Shown here piece by piece: positions 25,901 through 37,360 of a stretch of DNA of 64,000 nucleotides. Source of the DNA: Octopus sinensis (taxonomy: Eukaryota); NCBI RefSeq assembly GCF_006345805.1, contig NC_043005.1:39246001-39310000 (forward strand), written 5' to 3'. The notes beneath the pieces were generated by a model. The model saw only the letters and a program-made list of their open reading frames with translations, did not search any database and was not told where the DNA came from. How positions within the stretch are numbered: the stretch's first letter is position 1; each line of letters starts with the position of its first letter. Both the position numbers and the translations under genes were made by a program.

Positions 25901-26242
25901 GTTATTCGAGAACGTACGTTTCAAGATTAGTCAAAACAACATTTCTATCATCGGCTCAGAAATTCCTTGGTTTGGATTTGGAAACACTGAAAATAAGAAC
26001 ATACCCTTTCGAAGATCTGCTCCCAACTAACAGTGTCAACAAATTCAAATAAGCAAGCGAAGAATCTCTGTTCTCCCCTTTCCACCAGCGTGGGTTAAAA
26101 TCATCAAACACTATGCTTATTTCGGTAAAATCCGAAGCAATAATCAGAGGGAGATTAATTATAATTTCAACAATTGAGGGCAAAATTAATTAATTATTAA
26201 TCAATTTCACCAAGTGTTCAGTATGCAAAGGGACCATTCAAG
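22992..26242 (+). repeat. Tandem array of a 545-bp unit, forward block (6 copies, the last lacking 20 bp)
   Basis: Unit starts TATATAAAAGGGC at 22994, 23539, 24083, 24628, 25173 and 25718. Differences seen: one A missing in copy 2 and T>C at 24739. Confidence 0.98.
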
Positions 26243-28018
26243 TTCAGTATGCGGCAAAGTAATTTATTTTACTAAGCCCTTTTATATAATGTAATAATTT
26301 GAATTCGCCTTGAATGGTCCCTTTGCATACTGAACACTTGGTGAAATTGATTAATAATTAATTAATTTTGCCCTCAATTGTTGAAATTATAATTAATCTC
26401 CCTCTGATTATTGCTTCGGATTTTACCGAAATAAGCATAGTGTTTGATGATTTTAACCCACGCTGGTGGAAAGGGGAGAACAGAGATTCTTCGCTTGCTT
26501 ATTTGAATTTGTTGACACTGTTAGTTGGGAGCAGATCTTCGAAAGGGTATGTTCTTATTTTCAGTGTTTCCAAATCCAAACCAAGGAATTTCTGAGCCGA
26601 TGATAGAAATGTTGTTTTGACTAATCTTGAAACGTACGTTCTCGAATAACCTTAGCATTTGATTTTTCGATGTCCTTACCCCCAAACTTTTGTGAGTTGA
26701 ATTAGGCAAACACTATATATGAGAGAGATTTTCTTTAAGTATTAGAAATAGCTTTAAAAAAGTTTTTTAGCTGCTATTTCTAATGAGTTCAGTATGCGGC
26801 AAAGTAATTTATTTCACTAAGCCCTTTTATATAATGTAATAATTTGAATTCGCCTTGAATGGTCCCTTTGCATACTGAACACTTGGTGAAATTGATTAAT
26901 AATTAATTAATTTTGCCCTCAATTGTTGAAATTATAATTAATCTCCCTCTGATTATTGCTTCGGATTTTACCGAAATAAGCATAGTGTTTGATGATTTTA
27001 ACCCACGCTGGTGGAAAGGGGAGAACAGAGATTCTTCGCTTGCTTATTTGAATTTGTTGACACTGTTAGTTGGGAGCAGATCTTCGAAAGGGTATGTTCT
27101 TATTTTCAGTGTTTCCAAATCCAAACCAAGGAATTTCTGAGCCGATGATAGAAATGTTGTTTTGACTAATCTTGAAACGTACGTTCTCGAATAACCTTAG
27201 CATTTGATTTTTCGATGTCCTTACCCCCAAACTTTTGTGAGTTGAATTAGGCAAACACTATATATGAGAGAGATTTTCTTTAAGTATTAGAAATAGCTTT
27301 AAAAAAGTTTTTTAGCTGCTATTTCTAATGAGTTCAGTATGCGGCAAAGTAATTTATTTTACTAAGCCCTTTTATATAATGTAATAATTTGAATTCGCCT
27401 TGAATGGTCCCTTTGCATACTGAACACTTGGTGAAATTGATTAATAATTAATTAATTTTGCCCTCAATTGTTGAAATTATAATTAATCTCCCTCTGATTA
27501 TTGCTTCGGATTTTACCGAAATAAGCATAGTGTTTGATGATTTTAACCCACGCTGGTGGAAAGGGGAGAACAGAGATTCTTCGCTTGCTTATTTGAATTT
27601 GTTGACACTGTTAGTTGGGAGCAGATCTTCGAAAGGGTATGTTCTTATTTTCAGTGTTTCCAAATCCAAACCAAGGAATTTCTGAGCCGATGATAGAAAT
27701 GTTGTTTTGACTAATCTTGAAACGTACGTTCTCGAATAACCTTAGCATTTGATTTTTCGATGTCCTTACCCCCAAACTTTTGTGAGTTGAATTAGGCAAA
27801 CACTATATATGAGAGAGATTTTCTTTAAGTATTAGAAATAGCTTTAAAAAAGTTTTTTAGCTGCTATTTCTAATGAGTTCAGTATGCGGCAAAGTAATTT
27901 ATTTTACTAAGCCCTTTTATATAATGTAATAATTTGAATTCGCCTTGAATGGTCCCTTTGCATACTGAACACTTGGTGAAATTGATTAATAATTAATTAA
28001 TTTTGCCCTCAATTGTTG

Positions 28019-28026
<8 letters not shown>
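26243..28026 (-). repeat. Same 545-bp unit, inverted block (about 3.3 copies)
   Basis: Reverse complement of the forward unit; the repeated ORFs switch strand at 26368/26521. One variant seen at 26815. Ends in ...GAAATTATA merging into (TA)n. Confidence 0.98.
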
Positions 28027-28063
<37 letters not shown>

Positions 28064-28537
28064 ATATATGTATATATATATGCAAACATGCACACATATA
28101 CAAACAAAATGTGGGTATTTGTGACCCGATATATACGTGACGTGCATAGGTGTATGTGTATGTGTATATACATGGAAGAAGTGAGGTGGAGGGGAGAGTG
28201 GTGGGGAGTGATTAAGAAAGACTAAGAAATGAATACACGTACCCACATACATAGGAGCACCTAAAATTGTCATTACATATATTGAAGTCACATTTGTGCA
28301 ACGACTTTCTATTACTATATGTAATACCATCTTGATGTTACTTCAGTGGTTTTAAGCTTAACTTTGTTTTATCATCGTAAAATGTTGTTTTTCGATTCTT
28401 GTTGAAATTTTGAAAATTACAGACAGAATAATTAATTGATTGTCTGTCTTGTTGGATGCTACGATGAAGAAACACAAACGTGGCTTGTCAACATTCTAAA
28501 AGCAAGATAATTTTCCAGTATTTCATTTGGGTATTTA

Positions 28538-28971
<434 letters not shown>

Positions 28972-29124
28972 AACTAAAATAGACAAGTAGGTAAACAAAT
29001 GTAAATAAAGATCTTCAGTCTGACTATCAACATTTTCTTCCGTTGTATTACTCACACCTAACACAGCGGTTTGCTTGAATGTTTCAAGAACCACTGTTGG
29101 TGTGTTTGCTTTCTCTCAACAATG

Positions 29125-29127
<3 letters not shown>

Positions 29128-29179
<52 letters not shown>

Positions 29180-29239
29180 AATAATATTATTATCATCATT
29201 ATTATTATTTTTATTACCAACAACAACAACAACAACAGC

Positions 29240-29283
<44 letters not shown>
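29128..29283. repeat. (ATT)n...(CAA)n(AAT)n microsatellite
   Basis: Directly visible. Confidence 0.95.
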
Positions 29284-29285
<2 letters not shown>

Positions 29286-29859
29286 TTTCGTGAGTTCCTT
29301 CAGGATTTTTCATAAAATTAAATTAAAAGAAACGTTAGACGGAAATGTGAATTTCTTATATGTGTGGTTGTATTTTTACAGTGTTCTTTTTATCGGTTAT
29401 TTGATTTGTTTTTCAGTTTAATCACGATTCTATTAATGTTACGCTTTTTTTTCCTATGACATATGTACGATGAAAATAAAAAAAAAGAAAATGTAATGTA
29501 AAATTTACAATCGCTTTACAGACACACACACACTCACACACACGTATGCACACGCACACAGACACAAACGTATACGCATAAACATATACATACACGTATA
29601 CATATGGATACACATCCAGTCTATGCCAGTATGACCTAGGGAATACAGACTCGTGTAAACCCTTAATTAAAAAATATCTACTTTGGAATAATTCTGTTCT
29701 GTGTTAGGACTTGTTCAGAACGAAAGACTATGTGCATATGTATGTACGTGCGTATGCATGTTTATGCGTTTTTATGTGATTATGTATGCATGTATGCATC
29801 ATGTATATATATGTATACTAGCACATATCATATAAGTGCGTATTTACATGTCCCAATAA

Positions 29860-30095
29860 GGATCCACAGTTTTTCTGTGTCCTCCCACAAATCCTGAGAG
29901 AACTTCATGAGGTGGTTCTAGCTGCCTTCAAAACAATACTGGATCGCGTCCTGTCAAGAATGCTGGATGAACCCAGTATGCGGTAAGAAACACACTTCAG
30001 GACAAGATGAACATGTTCTGTGGTGAAAAATAACCATATCACAATGAACCTCGTTCACCAAATACCACACATTAGAGGATGATTTCACGTAATAG
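29860..30095 (+). mobile_element. CR1/L2-group LINE 3' fragment
   Basis: Translates roughly as ...LPQILRELHEVVLAAFKTILDRVLSRMLDEP, resembling CR1/L2-type C-termini (LPKHLR...FKRQLD...PDEP); followed by (GATA)n. Confidence 0.55.
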
Positions 30096-30099
30096 TAGT

Positions 30100-30100
30100 G

Positions 30101-30170
<70 letters not shown>

Positions 30171-30277
30171 CAGATATATATATATATATATATATACATA
30201 CATACATACATACATACATACATACATACATACATACATACATACATACATACATACATGCATACATACATACATAC
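30100..30277. repeat. (GATA)n(TA)n(CATA)n microsatellite
   Basis: Directly visible. Confidence 0.97.
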
Positions 30278-30456
30278 TGTTATATCGCAATACTACAGTG
30301 GCTGTGTGAGCATCTCATCCTCGTCGCCACTGTTATGTCGCACGCTCGGGTGACCGCTACTCAACTCGACTTCTCTCGCTACTCTCGACGTCTAGACTTC
30401 TTCTATATTACGTATTGGGCTACCCTATTTCATCGTCTAGGGGCGTCCACACAACA
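30278..30456. mobile_element. 179-bp solo-LTR-like insert (TGTT...AACA) with 5-bp TSD
   Basis: Starts TGTTAT, ends ACAACA, flanked on both sides by CATAC within a (CATA)n tract; CpG-rich. Confidence 0.5.
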
Positions 30457-30491
30457 CATACATACATACATACATACATACATACATACAT

Positions 30492-30548
<57 letters not shown>

Positions 30549-30570
30549 TAGACAGACAGACAGATAGACA
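30457..30570. repeat. (CATA)n(GACA)n microsatellite
   Basis: Directly visible. Confidence 0.97.
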
Positions 30571-30577
30571 GAAATGT

Positions 30578-30984
30578 TCTTTTATTCCTTTAATTGTTTC
30601 AGTCGTCTCACTGCGGCCATGGTGGAGCAACGCCTTTAGTCGAAGAAATCGAACCCAGGACTTACACTTTGTAAACCTAGTACTTATTCTATCGTCTCTA
30701 TTGCCGAACCACTAAGTTTCGAGGACTTAAACACACCAATAGATGATGGGTGGACTAACACTGACACAAACACACACATACATACACACATAAACACACA
30801 CACACACATATATATATATACGACGGGCTGCTTTCAGCTTCCGTCTACCAAATCCACTCACAATTCTTTAGTTGGCCCCAGGTTATAGTAGAAGATACTT
30901 GCCCAAAGTGCCACGCTGTGAGACTGAACCAGGCAACATGTGGTTGGCAAGCAAGCTACTTTACCATACAGCCACGCCTGCGCC
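30578..30984 (-). mobile_element. Full-length SINE family A
   Basis: Reverse-complement homologue of 19645-20043 from head (CAGCCACGCCTGCGCC) to tail (GTTTCAGTC). Confidence 0.85.
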
Positions 30985-31469
30985 TATATGTATATAGAAA
31001 AATACACTCGGATATACACATCAATAAATACATACACGTTTGTATGCGGATGGGTATATGTGTTATACATATTTACACATACACACACAGACATATGCAC
31101 ACATACACACACATCTTTGTATTCTGAGAAATTGTGTATATACGTGTATATATATACTTATATGCATATGTATGTGTGTGTGTGTGCTAAGTACCTGAGG
31201 CACATACTTTTCCTTCCCTTCAACATAATACATTGAAAACGCGTCTCTACTCAAGATTTATAGCTTTCATTAAGGGAAATTTCGCATACACTTTTATTGG
31301 TCCATTCTGTGTGCTTTCAAACAATAATCCTGCTTTGTCTCAACACTTCCGAACATCTCGTTCTGAACGTTTTCTTATGGATTTTAGCAAGTTTACTTAA
31401 TGTGTTTTTTTTTTTAATGTAATCACAAGAACCATGGGAATAAGTTGTTACTAACAAGAAATTATACGT

Positions 31470-31658
31470 ATTATGCCATATATATATATGTATAAATACA
31501 TGCATATATGTATGTGTGTACGTGTGTGTATGTATGTATGTATGTATATTTATATAAACATATATATGTATAGATACATAGATGCACAAATTTATATACA
31601 TATATATACATGTATATATATATATACATGTACATATATACATGAACACACAAACACT

Positions 31659-31750
<92 letters not shown>
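31470..31750. repeat. (TA)n-dominated microsatellite field
   Basis: Directly visible. Confidence 0.95.
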
Positions 31751-31751
<1 letters not shown>

Positions 31752-32564
31752 CTTCTTCGTACCTAACTTCGCGTGTTGCCTGATAAAGGTAAATGGTAAA
31801 ACAAAACTCTACGAAACTGATCAAATGTTGAAGAGCCCTATAAAATCGCTATAATCGTGATATGATTTCGCTTTCAATATAAATGCTTTCAATATAAATA
31901 TTGTCTACAGCCGCTGGCTTCCTCGTATTGTAAAATAGGAAAACAACTCAATAGGTTTATGAGCATAAAGTAATTATAACAGATAATTTAATGGGAACAA
32001 AGCAACAGATATACACAGATGTAATAAGAAACCAAACGTAAATGTGAGAAAAAGTTTCTTGACGGTTTTCCATCAACATAATGCGTCTTTTGGCTTTAAC
32101 TTATTTTTAATCCCAATTACAATGAAGAGAATATATACATCAATATATCTGCGTGTGACTTATACGCCCATATACGTATGTGTAGAATTTTGCTAATAAT
32201 AGGATAGACTGGATGCTACTAATGGGAGCGTAACTGAGAAGAAAGCAATAAACAACAACGTTATCTCTATTTCAAGTCTTCATATATATATATATATATA
32301 TAAGTTAGACATGGTCTGGACCAATCTTTGGTCGAAACATATCTAAGTTTATCTAAGTATATATATATATACATTCCAATGCCTAATTTTTAATCGGCAT
32401 ACGATAAGGTTTATTTTTTCCTCAAGTACTAGCCCCAATTACTGCGACACGCACAATATAAGAACCAAAGAATCCAATAAGTACCTAGTAATAACGGATA
32501 ATGTAACCAATATTGGTTTCAGATTTTGGAACAGCATTTCCACAATTTTTGTGGGAAGTGTATT

Positions 32565-32730
32565 AAATCGATTAAATCGACTCCAGTTCTCAACTGTTAC
32601 TTATTTCATTGACCCCGATAAATAAGGCAGAGTCGAGCCTGTTGGTATTTTAATCCCGAACGTAAAGACTGACAAAACCGTGCTAAGCATTTTGCCAGAC
32701 ATGTTAACGATTCTGCCATCTCGCCGCCTT
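32565..32730 (-). mobile_element. SINE family C
   Basis: GATTAAATCGAC...GAACGTAAAGAC...GCTAAGCATTTTGCC...GTTAACGATTCTGCCATCTCGCCGCCTT; tRNA-like head on the minus strand. Confidence 0.7.
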
Positions 32731-33069
32731 AATAATGTGAAGCTAGTATTAATAGTAATTGTTTGATTGGTTTTGATAGCAAATATCTACATATCGTAGG
32801 ACGTAACACAAATGAATCTAGGGAGCTTATAAATACCTGAATAGTAAAATATATGTGAGAAAACAATAATGAACCTACCAAAGTTAGAGTAAGAGAGGTA
32901 ACTGAACCCAAATCACATTCATTTACAGCAAATGCAATGAATGTGGAATATAGCAATACACAAAATTTAACGTATAGCCACATTAATAATAACAATATGA
33001 TAATAAGTAACAATATAGGTGCGGTACCGAACTCTTCCACCAGTAGCAAATGTATTGCTAATATCATAT

Positions 33070-33450
33070 AACATTTTTGTAACTGTAAGAATAAGATATT
33101 TCTACTTAATGGATAATGCTTCATGCAAAATATTATTTGCAGATGTAATTCTATGGCGGATGGAATTTCGAATTATTACATGGGACCATGCTTTACAGAC
33201 TTTAAGCAGAGCTTGCTTAAACACCTTTCTTCGTTCAAGGATAGAGATAAAATGAATAGTACAAGCCTGAGTACTTTCATATGGCCATTAAACGATAAAA
33301 ATGCGAAATTCGTTACAAATGGAAAATAATTAGACCTTCACCATAAACCATTCGGAACTCGGAATGTAATTTATGGTTGGAAGAAATATTCCATATCTTT
33401 ACCTCTAGATACAAATTATTGAACCAGAGACACGTTTTAGACCCCAAGGT
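33070..33450 (+). mobile_element. Penelope-like element GIY-YIG endonuclease remnant
   Basis: CNCKNK...LNG...YYMGPCFTDFKQSLLKHLSSFKDRDKMNSTSLSTFIWPLND...WKII...CNLWLEE, matching the Penelope-type EN pattern CNC...YIG...FK...H..SF...NST.LS..IW.LK...WKI...C.LC..E. Confidence 0.8.
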
Positions 33451-34185
33451 GCCTGATTCTTCTCGAGGGTGTATATAATTTTTAATCCGATATTACTCAC
33501 GTAATAGTAGACGGAATAGGTACCTAGTCAAAAATCGTAGATTTACTGTGGTTAGCATGAACAATCTAACAATAAATTCAATCCATTTTTAGGTTTTTAT
33601 TTCCAGTTCCTTCTTCTTAATCCATTTATTTATGCTTAAAGTACTTTCTATCTTTATGTTATATGGTTTGTGGAAAAACAAACCTTGACCTAGTAGAGGT
33701 TTGTCCGACTAGTAAGTTTATGTTCATGTTATTCGCTTAAATCCTTGAGGGTCATTCGAAGCTTAAATGAAATCAGACCATATTGTCGTATTTTACAACA
33801 CGCTCTATTATCACCTGCACTAAGCACATATAACTTCCCCACCCAAATTATATCTTGAACAGGACTATCATACAATGAACTCTTCAGGTGGCTTCAAAAA
33901 CTCGTAAGAGTACTTACCTTGTATAACACTGCTTGGATATATTTACCCTAGGTGAACTTATAATACAATTAAACAATCAGAATACAATTAAATGTTACAT
34001 TTAATAAATACACATGTCTGAATGAGATTTAATTTGAGTGTATTGTATATAATATTGTAATAAACAAGCAAAAAGACTTACCTACCCCGCCGGAGTTTCA
34101 CGCTTCCAGTCACTGTTTGACGTGATGGTAGCCAGATGGATGTGTACTACTGAGTGAATGGGTGAACGGCGGGAAGAAGGAAGTT

Positions 34186-34216
34186 TATAAATAGCTGATC
34201 ACTTTTGCATCTCAGT
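34186..34216 (+). promoter_or_regulatory. Candidate core promoter (TATA box plus initiator)
   Basis: TATAAATA at 34186 and TCAGT at 34212 (A at 34214, 28 nt downstream); CRE-like TGACGTGA at 34118; non-repetitive context. Confidence 0.3.
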
Positions 34217-35166
34217 ATACAAGGGTCTGTAACTATACGTTAGCAGCATGGGGAAAAAGTCGAAAGGGCGTTAAAATGTGTCATTACTACTTTTAAAGAA
34301 AGGGATGACCACTAGCGGATATCCGGCCAGTCGTACTGTTGGAATTTAACCGTGACATGTATTTCAACTGAGAACGGAATAGTGAAGTTGTGAGAGAAAC
34401 AGAATTAGGGCCGCTCACCGTCATACCGAAAATTATTTCAAATATCAAATATGAACAATAAATATAAAACTGCTCTGTAAGAAGCAACCTACGGACATTA
34501 GAATGAGCAGTTTCGGTTTTCACTGTTGACGACAATGCACTGCTATATACATTTGTCACTCAATTAAAGTAGCAAATGCTAGCTTTTGTAAAATGCAGTC
34601 CTTTATCAGGGGACGACATCCTAATCATGAGATACACCAGCACTTAGAGCGCAACTGGGTGAAATTCTGTCTGAGTGTGCAGTGGAACGAGATATAAGAG
34701 TGCATTATATAGAAGTCAGCTCACCGTTGTATTATTATGAGATGAGCGAAGTCATTAGGGAAATAAGTCCCATTGTTGAGAATACTGTTGGGAACATCAG
34801 TATAACCTTTCTTCTGTTGAGAGGACGGCTATGGATGACAACAACTAAAGGTTGTGGATGACATCAATATAATATCCCTTATGATGAGATTGTTGCAGAT
34901 ATACTTCACAACCCAATCCATTAATGAAAAAAAAGTATTGATATTTATCAAACAGCAAACTATTTTCAACTGGTTGAATACATATGCAAATATTACTGTG
35001 GCCAATATAATCTTGCATTTGTCAATAAAATAATTACCATTAGCAGAAGTATTATACATTGCAGGTAATTGGCAATGCTGACTTATTTATTAAATATGAA
35101 TATAACACTTGTCTCTCATTGAGAATTGATCATTAGTACATCTATCATTTTATTTATCTCTCTGTC

Positions 35167-35200
<34 letters not shown>

Positions 35201-35730
35201 ACATGTGCATGCATGTATGTATGTATATGAATGTATGTGTATGTATTATTACGTAAACTGTAAAATACGTTTTATTTCTGCGTATAGCAAAAACACATAG
35301 ACACACACAGACACATGTATGCAAATATAGTCACAAACATTATTTGTGAGTATATGTACATATACATACACATATACGTTTTCTGAGTGTATGTATGTAT
35401 ATATACACACATATATATATATATATATATGTGTATAAAATGTATATATATATATATATATACAAATGTGTGTGTATGTTTTATAACTCAGTTAAGAAAA
35501 AGAAAGGAAGAAAGGAAGGAAGAAAGAGGAGAAGAGAGAGTAAGGAAGTGCGAAACAGAAATCAAAGAAGTAAATCACACATGTGTTTTGTTTTATTTTT
35601 TTCTCCATTTGCAATAATATTGCTGATCTTTCTCAAGATTAGTGTGACACACTATAAAGATCGATGCCTGAAAACAAACACATACATGCATATACAAGCG
35701 CATGCGTGTGTGTGCATGTGTTTGTGTGTG

Positions 35731-35766
<36 letters not shown>

Positions 35767-36861
35767 TCTGTGTGTTTCTGTGGAGGGAGAGGGTTGTATG
35801 TAGCTCACGTTTAGAAGTAATTCAACATATGCAGAGTTAACGATTTAACTGGTAATCAATTTGTTGCTAATTTTTTCTGAGGGGAGTTGTAAGTGCTAAC
35901 ACAGCAAGATATGCAGTTGTGTATGCACAAATGTGTGGCATATATCTCAACAAGACAGTCAGAATTTGACAAAGGAGAAGGTTTCTGGTCAGACAGAACG
36001 GTTGTTTTTGGAAGTATCTGAATATAGGTTCGTAAATAATTTCAATGTTATTCCCTGAGATTGAAAACTGAAATCAATAAAATTCTACTACTTTGGACTT
36101 TGCAAATACTATCACAGCACGATCTACCTAAGACACATTGAAGCAGATATGTATTATACATGTATATGTGAATATAAGTACAACATTTTACGGAATATAT
36201 ACGTAATATACGGTATATGTACGCAACTATTTACTGTACATATATAACTATATACTGAGAATACACATAACTATATAACTTCTACTGATTATATATATAT
36301 ATATATATGAAATTTAAAAGATTGAAGAGAGTCAGGTATTTAAATAGTGCAGGCATCAAGGTCAGGTCGATGATATTATACAATGTATAAGCACAAATAC
36401 GTACTCACTAAATCAAACACGGATTTGTACTCTTGGTCGTGCACAAAATCCTAAATTGACGACTGAATACACAACGAGTTATTAAGGTCACACATGGGTA
36501 CACTAACGGCGCTTGTTGCACCGCAGTCTGTCGACTCTAGACCTATACACATTGCAGGTATCGAGTTAGGTGAAGAATAAACAAATAACAATGGATGGAC
36601 AGTGGTTGAAATGTCGTGTGCGTTTGAAACGCTAAAAAATGTAAAAAGTGCCTGGCTTATACAAAATCACATTGCAAATATTGGATGTCAATTTCACTCT
36701 TCATTACCACACGAGTTTTAAATTAACTCACAAAGGGCTGAGTACTTCACAGACATGCATAATATTAATATAGTTCTCAGGGAGATTCAACCTCATACGG
36801 AATATGACAAGGCTGGGCCCTTTGAATTGCAGCTACAACTCGAGACATATATATGAATTTA

Positions 36862-36926
<65 letters not shown>

Positions 36927-37244
36927 TGTGCGTGCGCGTATGTGTGTAGTTTAGGTTAGTTAAAACATGTGTGTAATAAGTGTCGCGTGGTGGAATTAAA
37001 CGCAATTACAAAACTTTCATTCATGAATCTATTTATTATTTCGTTCTTTTGCATTTCAATTCGTACATTAAGGTTCTTTGAACATGTACGATGTATTTTA
37101 AGGTTAAGTAGTAATTCCGTTTACGTTTGTGTAACTGAGATATTTTGTTTGGATTATACAGCCATTGGTGTTACATTACATTCTATATTCTCTAACTATC
37201 ACAATATACTTTTCTACGTCTGAAGTTTTTTGTGGGGAGGGGGC

Positions 37245-37360
37245 CAGTTGATTAGATCGACCCCAGTACACAACCGATACTTAATTTATCGACCCCCAAA
37301 AAAACGAAATGCAGAGTCGATCTCGGCAGAATTTGAACTCAGAACGTAAAGACAGACAGT
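37245..37360 (-). mobile_element. SINE family C fragment
   Basis: GATCGACCCCAG...TTTATCGACCCC...GGCAGAATTTGAACTCAGAACGTAAAGAC. Confidence 0.65.

Noticed and set aside
23118-27799. Repeated 62-aa and 75-aa ORFs inside the 545-bp unit as genes
   Set aside because: They recur only because the unit is repeated; they are short, overlap on opposite strands and show no motif I recognise.
22992-28026. Array as CRISPR, or as a hammerhead retrozyme
   Set aside because: No unique spacers and a eukaryotic context; no CTGAnGA core on either strand of the unit.
31775-31820. CTGATAAAGG...CTACGAAAC as a hammerhead
   Set aside because: G8 is replaced and no stems I-III can be drawn; at most a decayed relic.
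34293-35059. Minus-strand ORFs as a Helitron or host exon
   Set aside because: No diagnostic Rep/helicase motif and no convincing acceptor-donor pair.
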